Assembly: GCA_965237465.1 (NCBI GenBank)
Contig: OZ250138.1
Coordinates: forward strand, 23,137 to 87,136
Length of the DNA stretch: 64,000 nucleotides
Source of the DNA: Dehalococcoidia bacterium
GTDB lineage: Bacteria > Chloroflexota > Dehalococcoidia > UBA6926
Reading direction: 5' to 3'
This document shows positions 58,042 through 64,000 of the stretch, one piece after another. The translations under genes and the position numbers were made by a program. How positions within the stretch are numbered: position 1 is the first letter of the stretch; every line of letters begins with the position of its first letter. The notes under the pieces were generated by a model. That model saw nothing but the letters and a program-made list of their open reading frames with translations, was not told the origin of the DNA and did no database searches.

Positions 58042-58371
58042 ATGGCAAATGATGACGCCCAGTCCGGCGCTGAGCTAGTTCGCGCGCTCGCCGCGCTGGG
58101 ACGCGTTGGCCTTACGGATGAAGAGGCCGAGGGTTTCGGCGGACAGCTGGACGCCATTCTCGAAAGCGTGTCCGCCTTGCAGGAAGTGGATACAACCGGC
58201 GTTGAGCCGACGGGCCACGCGATTGATCTCATCAACGTTTATCGCGATGACGCGGGCGCTGAATCTTTCACTCGTGGCGAAATGCTAGCCAACGCGCCCG
58301 CATCGCAGGAAGGATACGTGCGCGTGCGGTACGTATTTGGCGACGAAGGCGACGAGGCCGCCACGCCGTAA
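58042..58371 (+). CDS. gatC: Asp/Glu-tRNA amidotransferase subunit C
   Basis: About 100-aa GatC consensus (VRALAALGRVGLTDEE...). Confidence 0.8.
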   Translation: MANDDAQSGAELVRALAALGRVGLTDEEAEGFGGQLDAILESVSALQEVDTTGVEPTGHAIDLINVYRDDAGAESFTRGEMLANAPASQEGYVRVRYVFGDEGDEAATP

Positions 58372-58375
58372 GGCT

Positions 58376-59143
58376 CTACGACACCAGAGGCGGCGACTGC
58401 GCGTCGTCCAGGGGAGATTCCGGCCCAACGAGATCGATCAGCCACGACTCCAGCTTATCCCGCAGTTCCGGCTTCGCCTCAGTCAGGCGGTGAGTGGCAG
58501 TCGGGTAGAGCACCAGCTCCTTGGGCTCCTGCGCCCACTCGTAGATTCGCTCCGCATCCGTGTACGGCAGAACGTCATCCTCACGTCCGTGAATAACCAG
58601 CAAACGCCGTGGGGCAATTTCCGCCACGTCCTGCGCCCCAAACGTTTGACCGGATAGTGACGCGACGCCCACGACCTCGGGTGAGAATGCGGCGGACTTT
58701 ATTGCGACGGCGCCGTTCGAGGAGTGGCCGACAAGCGCCAGGCGTCGCGCGCCGATGCCGCGCAAGAAGGATATTCCAGCCAGCGCGTCCGCCACCGCCT
58801 CTATGAAGACCTCCGGCCGTCTCTGACCGAGGCGCAGCGAGGTTATGCCGCGCGCCGTCAGTTCCTTCGCCAACTCTTCATAAATGCCGTCGGCGGGGCC
58901 CTTTAGCTCACGCCCACCGCCCACGAATATTACTGCGCCATCCTGCCCCTCCCGCGGGTGCAGGATGGCTGAAATGTCGCCGCGATTCGTGCCGATGATC
59001 AGGTCAATGCTGCCGTCCTCATTGGGACGCGCGGAAATACCTGTAAAGCTGACGACGAGATCATCATCCTGAGCGGGGTCGCCCGGTCCCCCGGCGCCGT
59101 TCGGTCCGTGGTCCTGCATGGGTTCACATCCCTCCCGTCGCAT
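58376..59143 (-). CDS. Alpha/beta hydrolase (dienelactone-hydrolase-like)
   Basis: GHSSNG nucleophile-elbow variant, with Asp and His downstream. Confidence 0.6.
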   Translation of the reverse strand: MRREGCEPMQDHGPNGAGGPGDPAQDDDLVVSFTGISARPNEDGSIDLIIGTNRGDISAILHPREGQDGAVIFVGGGRELKGPADGIYEELAKELTARGITSLRLGQRRPEVFIEAVADALAGISFLRGIGARRLALVGHSSNGAVAIKSAAFSPEVVGVASLSGQTFGAQDVAEIAPRRLLVIHGREDDVLPYTDAERIYEWAQEPKELVLYPTATHRLTEAKPELRDKLESWLIDLVGPESPLDDAQSPPLVS

Positions 59144-59183
59144 CCATTACTAAAGTGGGCAGCTTGGCCGTCGAAATCGCCTG

Positions 59184-60401
59184 TCAACCGCTTCGCGCGT
59201 GTTTGGCTACGAATCGTCCCATGCGAACAATAGCCTCGTCGATGTCTTCCAGGCTCGCTGCGTAGCAACAGCGCACAAAGCCTTCTCCGGACTCCCCAAA
59301 GGCGCTTCCCGGAACGACAACGACGCCCTCCTCGATGAGCAGCCGCTCGGCGAACTCCTCTGAGGTCATGCCTGTCGGCATGATTGAGGGGAAAGCATAA
59401 AAGGCGCCGAGTGGTTCAACGCAGGGCAGGCCGATGCGGTGAAAACCCTCGAGAAGGGCGCGGCGCCGCTGGTCGTACGCCTCCCGCATCTCCGCCACGT
59501 CTCGCTCGCCCTCTCGCAAGGCCTCAAGCGCCGCCGCCTGAGCCATCGTTGGCGCAGACATCATGGTGTACTGATGAACCTTCATCATCGCCGCGATAAT
59601 GTCCGTCGGCCCCGCAGCATACCCCACACGCCAGCCGGTCATCGCATAGGCCTTGGAGAAACCGCCCAGAACAATCGTCCTATCCCGGACGCTTTCGACC
59701 GTGGCAAACGATGTGAACGGCTCATCAGCGGAGTAGACCAGTCGGTCGTAAATCTCATCGGCGATGATCAGCAAATCGTGGTGGTCCGCAATGTCGGCCA
59801 ATTGCATGACCGTTGCGCGATCAAGAACGGCGCCGGTCGGGTTGGATGGGTGGTTGATCAAAAGCGCGCGAGTCTGGGGCGTGATGCGTCGCTCAACCTC
59901 AGAAGCGCGTAGTCGAAACTCATCCTCCATCGTCGTTGGCACTGTTGTCAGTGTTCCACCGGCCATATGTACGACGGGAAAGTACGCGACATAGCTTGGA
60001 TCGGCAGTGATGACCTCATCGCCGGGGTTGAGGGTGGCGCGCAGGGCAAGATCCAGGGCCTCGGACACGCCCACCGTTATCAGCAGCTGCGACTCCGGAG
60101 AGAACTGCGCCCCGTAGAGTCGTTCCAGGTAATTTGAAAGCTCTTCTCGTAGTTCAAGCACGCCGAAATTGGACGTGTAGTGCGTGTCGCCGTTCTTGAG
60201 CGAATCGATGGCCGCCTCACGGATGTGCCACGGCGTGACAAAGTCCGGCTCGCCGACTCCTAGGGAGATGATGTCATCCCTGGACGCGATCAAGTCAAAA
60301 AACTTGCGGATGCCCGAAGATGGAATATCGTGCACGCGACGGGCAATGCGCTCGCGGTCGCTGCGGGCGGAGTCCATGGGGGCGCCGTCGGAAACCGTCA
60401 T
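59184..60401 (-). CDS. PLP-dependent aminotransferase class I (aspartate aminotransferase-like)
   Basis: INHPSNPTGAV and SKAYAMTGWRVGY (PLP Lys) motifs. Confidence 0.8.
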   Translation of the reverse strand: MTVSDGAPMDSARSDRERIARRVHDIPSSGIRKFFDLIASRDDIISLGVGEPDFVTPWHIREAAIDSLKNGDTHYTSNFGVLELREELSNYLERLYGAQFSPESQLLITVGVSEALDLALRATLNPGDEVITADPSYVAYFPVVHMAGGTLTTVPTTMEDEFRLRASEVERRITPQTRALLINHPSNPTGAVLDRATVMQLADIADHHDLLIIADEIYDRLVYSADEPFTSFATVESVRDRTIVLGGFSKAYAMTGWRVGYAAGPTDIIAAMMKVHQYTMMSAPTMAQAAALEALREGERDVAEMREAYDQRRRALLEGFHRIGLPCVEPLGAFYAFPSIMPTGMTSEEFAERLLIEEGVVVVPGSAFGESGEGFVRCCYAASLEDIDEAIVRMGRFVAKHARSG

Positions 60402-60651
60402 TACATCCCGGCCTGTGAGCGCGATAGCCGAATGAGTTCCAGCTCTGTGCCGACTCTGGAGAATCGCCTGCTTGCATTCCGGCGCATTGCCCTGGCCCTC
60501 AAATGCCGTCCCGCCTTCTATGGGTCAATCTCAAATACCAGATTCAGCCTGCTCCAAGTAGCGTAGGCATCCCCCCGCCACGGGTCAACCGCGCGGATAG
60601 AGGGCCATCGCTCGCTTAGGGGGACACGCGAACGCCCAACGGCTTCACGCC

Positions 60652-61035
60652 TCAGGGCCGCGCGGCGTCTGAGAGGTTCTGGTCGAAGGTCATTATCTCG
60701 CTCACGCCACGTCTCCGGCAGCTTGCGAGGTGACACAGATCCCTCGCCCCAAGAAGGGGATGTTGTTCGTGAAGCCGTCGCGCCAACGCCACGTCTCCTT
60801 CTTCGAGTGGCCATACCTCGACGCCTGAACGAGAGGCGAGAACCATTGCAGAGTCGAAGGCTGCGAGTCTACCTGCTGGCGTGTAGGCCTGGGCCAGCTC
60901 CTGCAGAACCTCAGCCGACGTGCAGAGTGGGATGGCGTTGCGCTGCGATTCGAGAAAGAAGGCCCGCGCGGGCGCCTGGAGAGGGTGGGGCCGCCCCACG
61001 GCGTACATGAAGACGTTTGTGTCGACGAAGATCAC
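60652..61035 (-). CDS. vapC: PIN-domain toxin VapC
   Basis: MIFVDTNVFMYA..., conserved acidic residues, about 127 aa. Confidence 0.75.
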   Translation of the reverse strand: MIFVDTNVFMYAVGRPHPLQAPARAFFLESQRNAIPLCTSAEVLQELAQAYTPAGRLAAFDSAMVLASRSGVEVWPLEEGDVALARRLHEQHPLLGARDLCHLASCRRRGVSEIMTFDQNLSDAARP

Positions 61036-61307
61036 ACACCCGTGCTTCCACTGGCGCGAGATGCATTGATTGTCCGAAGATGCTCATTCCAGTCTGGCTC
61101 CGTCTCCGGGCCTTCGATTGCATCGCAGTCGTCAAAAAAAGCCTCAACATCGCCTGCCGACTCGAACCGATTCACCTTCTGCCGCTCCTCCAATCGTGTT
61201 TGGGCGGCGGCCCGCAGCCAGGCGCTGAAGCTCATGCCCTCCAGGCGAGCTTGGATGATAAACCTGTCGCGGTCGTCATCCGGAATTATGAGCTGAACCC
61301 TGGCCAT
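61032..61307 (-). CDS. vapB: Antitoxin (RHH-like) VapB
   Basis: A 91-aa protein whose stop overlaps the vapC start by 4 nt. Confidence 0.6.
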   Translation of the reverse strand: MARVQLIIPDDDRDRFIIQARLEGMSFSAWLRAAAQTRLEERQKVNRFESAGDVEAFFDDCDAIEGPETEPDWNEHLRTINASRASGSTGV

Positions 61308-61388
61308 AGCGGTCTCCTAGAAAGCATTACTGATGTGTAGAAATGTTACACATCATCGGTTATCGGGTCAAACGAGCCGCCACGCGCA

Positions 61389-62867
61389 TCACGCAACGGT
61401 CGGACGCTGATTGTGCCAGTCTGTGGCCTGTTCATAGGTGTAAGCGGCGCGGAGAATGGCCTCTTCTCCCAACGAGGGTCCGATGAGCTGCATGCCGATG
61501 GGCAGGCCGTCGGCGAAGCCGCATGGCAGGCTGATGGCCGGGACGCCCGCGATGTTCACAGGGATCGTGCAAATATCTGCAAGGTACATTTGGACAGGGT
61601 CGTTCGTCCTCTCGCCCAGCCCGAATGGCAGCGTCGGCGATGTGGGCGTCAACAGGACGTCGTACCGCGTGAAGGCCTCCTCAAACTCGCGGCGTATCAA
61701 CGTCCGCACCTGCTGAGCCTTGCGATAGTAGGCGTCATAGTAACCGGAGGACAGCGCGTACGTGCCGAGCAGGATGCGTCGCTTCACCTCCGGCCCGAAT
61801 CCGTGCTGCCGAGTTCGCTCCATCCCCTCCCACATGTCCGCAGCGCCGTCCCACGAGTAGCCATATTTAACGCCGTCATAGCGCGCCAGATTGGATGAGG
61901 CCTCGGACGGCGCCAGCACGTAATAGACCGGCAGGGCGTACTGAGTTGTTGGCAAAGATGCGTCCCAGTCGACATCCGCGCCGGCATCCTGAAGAACCTG
62001 CGCTGCTTGCAGCACGGTGTCGCGCACGTCCGCCGTTACTCCTTCTCGAAACATCTCCTTGACGACGCCGATGCGCATCCCCCGCACGTCCGGGACCAGG
62101 GCCTTGGTGTAGTCGGGCCGTTCATGTGTCAATGACGTCGAGTCCATGGGGTCATGCCCCGCGATGGCATTGAGTGTTTGCGCGCCGTCCGTGACGTTGG
62201 TGGTAAGCGGTCCGATCTGATCCAGCGAGGACGCAAACGCGACGAGGCCGTATCGACTTACCAGACCATACGTAGGCTTTATGCCGGTTATTCCGCAGAA
62301 GGAGGCGGGCTGGCGGATAGATCCGCCCGTATCGGAGCCAAGGGCGAGGATCGTTTCACCGGCGGCGACGGCGGCAGCGGAGCCGCCGGATGACCCTCCG
62401 GGCACGCTATCGAGTCGCCAGGGATTATGCGTCGGGAAAAAGGCGGAATTCTCCGTGGACGATCCCATGGCGAATTCGTCCATGTTGGACTTGCCGATCA
62501 TCACGGCGCCCGCATCAAGCAGCTTCTGGACCGCTGTGGCGGTGTAGGGCGGGACAAAGCTCTCCAGCATTCGCGATGAGCACGTTGTGAGCACTCCCGC
62601 GGTGCACATATTGTCCTTGAAGACGATTGGAACACCGGTCAGCGGTGTTGCGCGCCCCTCGCGGATGCGGTGATCTGCTTCGCTTGCCGCCTGCAACGCG
62701 GCCTCCTCGGTGACAGTGACCAGGCCGCGCACGAGCGGCTCCGTCTGGCGGATACGCTCAAGGACGGCGTTGGTCAATTCAACAGCGCTGACCTCTCGGG
62801 CGGCGAGGAGCGCGGCGGCTTCATGGGCGGCGAGGTGATAGAGCGGCTTGTTGGTGGTCATTGGCAA
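61389..62867 (-). CDS. gatA: Glu/Asp-tRNA amidotransferase subunit A
   Basis: Amidase signature [14 protein letters not shown]... with full-length similarity. Confidence 0.9.
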   Translation of the reverse strand: MPMTTNKPLYHLAAHEAAALLAAREVSAVELTNAVLERIRQTEPLVRGLVTVTEEAALQAASEADHRIREGRATPLTGVPIVFKDNMCTAGVLTTCSSRMLESFVPPYTATAVQKLLDAGAVMIGKSNMDEFAMGSSTENSAFFPTHNPWRLDSVPGGSSGGSAAAVAAGETILALGSDTGGSIRQPASFCGITGIKPTYGLVSRYGLVAFASSLDQIGPLTTNVTDGAQTLNAIAGHDPMDSTSLTHERPDYTKALVPDVRGMRIGVVKEMFREGVTADVRDTVLQAAQVLQDAGADVDWDASLPTTQYALPVYYVLAPSEASSNLARYDGVKYGYSWDGAADMWEGMERTRQHGFGPEVKRRILLGTYALSSGYYDAYYRKAQQVRTLIRREFEEAFTRYDVLLTPTSPTLPFGLGERTNDPVQMYLADICTIPVNIAGVPAISLPCGFADGLPIGMQLIGPSLGEEAILRAAYTYEQATDWHNQRPTVA

Positions 62868-62875
62868 AGGAGTTC

Positions 62876-63574
62876 CTACATGCGCATCTGTGGAGTCCGG
62901 GCGTCCAAATCCGGCAAGGCAGGCAGAGCAGCCACCCGATTCCAGATCTGAGTGTGGAGCTCTCCGGTCGGCCTTGTTGCGTCAAGAACCAGGAAACGAT
63001 TGGGATCGTTCTCCGCAATCTTCAGATATCCGTCGCGCACGCGGCGATGAAAGGAAAGCGACTGCTCCTCTATCCGGTCCCGTTTTTCGGGGACGCGGGC
63101 AAGACCCACGTTCGGATCAATATCCAGCAGGACAGTCAGGTCCGGTCTTAGCCCGCCCGTGGCGACCTCATTCATCTTGTCAACTTGTTCCCGTGGGAGT
63201 TCACGGCCAAAACCCTGGTACGCAGCCGTGGAGTCCGCAAACCGATCGCAGATGATGATCTCGTCGCGATCAAGCGCGGGCCGCAATACTTCGACGACCA
63301 ATTGGGCGCGCGCCGCGGCAAAGAGGAATAGTTCTGCTATCGGCGCCACCTCGCCGGGGAAGCCAGGACTGCCAAGCTCAGGGAAGAAGCCCTGATTCGG
63401 GGAATGTGCGCTCCGATGTCGAACGTATGAGTAAATGAAGTCCCCAAGATCGGTCCCCCCCGGTTCGCGCAGCATGGTCACCTTGCCGTGTTCCGAGAGT
63501 CTGTCGCCGAGCAGCGCGGCCTGCGTCGTCTTGCCGGTGCCGTCGCCGCCCTCAAAAGTGATGAAGATGCCCAC
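62876..63574 (-). CDS. tmk: Thymidylate kinase
   Basis: [16 protein letters not shown]-loop and DRF motif. Roughly 25-aa insertion after the P-loop region. Confidence 0.85.
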   Translation of the reverse strand: MGIFITFEGGDGTGKTTQAALLGDRLSEHGKVTMLREPGGTDLGDFIYSYVRHRSAHSPNQGFFPELGSPGFPGEVAPIAELFLFAAARAQLVVEVLRPALDRDEIIICDRFADSTAAYQGFGRELPREQVDKMNEVATGGLRPDLTVLLDIDPNVGLARVPEKRDRIEEQSLSFHRRVRDGYLKIAENDPNRFLVLDATRPTGELHTQIWNRVAALPALPDLDARTPQMRM

Positions 63575-63582
63575 GACTAAAT

Positions 63583-63957
63583 CTACTGACCCGCAGCCAT
63601 GGCGTGGCTCTCACGGAAGACCCGCACACGCCGGTTCGGCTCGCGACCATTGGAGCGGGATCCCAGGCTGGCCTCGTTCGCCAGCTGGTGTTGCAGTCGT
63701 CGCACATAGGCGTTCTGGGGCCGCAGCTCAATCTCATCGATGTCGCCGGAGAGCACTCGCTGCAGCGACTCCTCCGTGTCCTCGATGATCGATTCGATGT
63801 CTTCCGACAAGCCCTTGGAATTCGCTATGGACTGCAGCGCCTGTTGGAGCTGCGTGGGCGTGTTCTTTCTGAGCACATAGACCGGGACGTGCGTTTCCTC
63901 CGCGGCCCGCACTGCGGGCGTGCGTCGCCGGTACAGCTGCTTTGTCGTCAGCATCAC
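63583..63957 (-). CDS. R3H-domain-like nucleic-acid-binding protein
   Basis: C-terminal YVRRLQHQ...RRVRVF resembles an R3H core. Low confidence. Confidence 0.4.
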   Translation of the reverse strand: MMLTTKQLYRRRTPAVRAAEETHVPVYVLRKNTPTQLQQALQSIANSKGLSEDIESIIEDTEESLQRVLSGDIDEIELRPQNAYVRRLQHQLANEASLGSRSNGREPNRRVRVFRESHAMAAGQ

Positions 63958-64000
63958 GTCCGCGCTGTGGATCGTGTCAACGACACGGAAGGGAAGGCTG

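Overview
This is a high-GC bacterial chromosomal segment, about 65% GC in my estimate, with an AT-rich block at 52.6-53.6 kb and a lower-GC gene at about 56.9-57.9 kb. The T-box riboswitch and the gene content fit a Chloroflexi- or Deinococcus-Thermus-like organism, but I cannot fix the taxon from the sequence alone.

Most of the window is housekeeping genes:
- nfi (partial at the window start) followed by tRNA-Pro(GGG).
- A minus-strand amino-acid superoperon under a T-box leader, running ilvB-ilvN-ilvC-leuA-leuC-leuD-leuB-cimA.
- Other amino-acid genes: ilvE, thrC, hom, folE.
- The rpsF-ssb-rpsR cluster and glyA.
- ftsH, comEA-comEC, rph, rarA, pyrB, gatC and gatA, tmk.

Accessory or unusual content:
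1. selD carries an in-frame UGA (selenocysteine) codon at the catalytic position with a downstream hairpin, so a standard gene call would truncate it.
2. A recent tandem duplication of a thiolase-like/DUF35 gene pair. The thiolase-fold proteins lack the canonical nucleophilic Cys, and a third Cys-less paralog sits at 12.1-13.3 kb.
3. A surface-protein locus: a YfbK-like VWA protein, an LRR lipoprotein with a perfect 72-bp tandem repeat, and a membrane-anchored XRE-HTH/TPR regulator. A conserved GTGTYGCATTC repeat element sits at the regulator gene's own start, and a degenerate copy of it lies upstream of the LRR gene.
4. A tightly coupled six-gene minus-strand operon: PF13480 acyltransferase, MshA/BshA-like GT4, two PIG-L deacetylases, a CpsB-type PHP phosphatase and a Zn-ribbon protein. 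It looks like a low-molecular-weight thiol or GlcNAc-glycoside pathway.
5. An AT-rich islet carrying a NYN nuclease gene, followed by a triple-hairpin element.
6. Smaller items: a vapBC pair, a Mec+ JAMM protease beside selD, a lone LarB, and a ComEA with four SLBB repeats.

I saw no CRISPR array, no rRNA and no obvious transposase. All assignments rest on reading the translations and motifs by eye; I ran no database searches.
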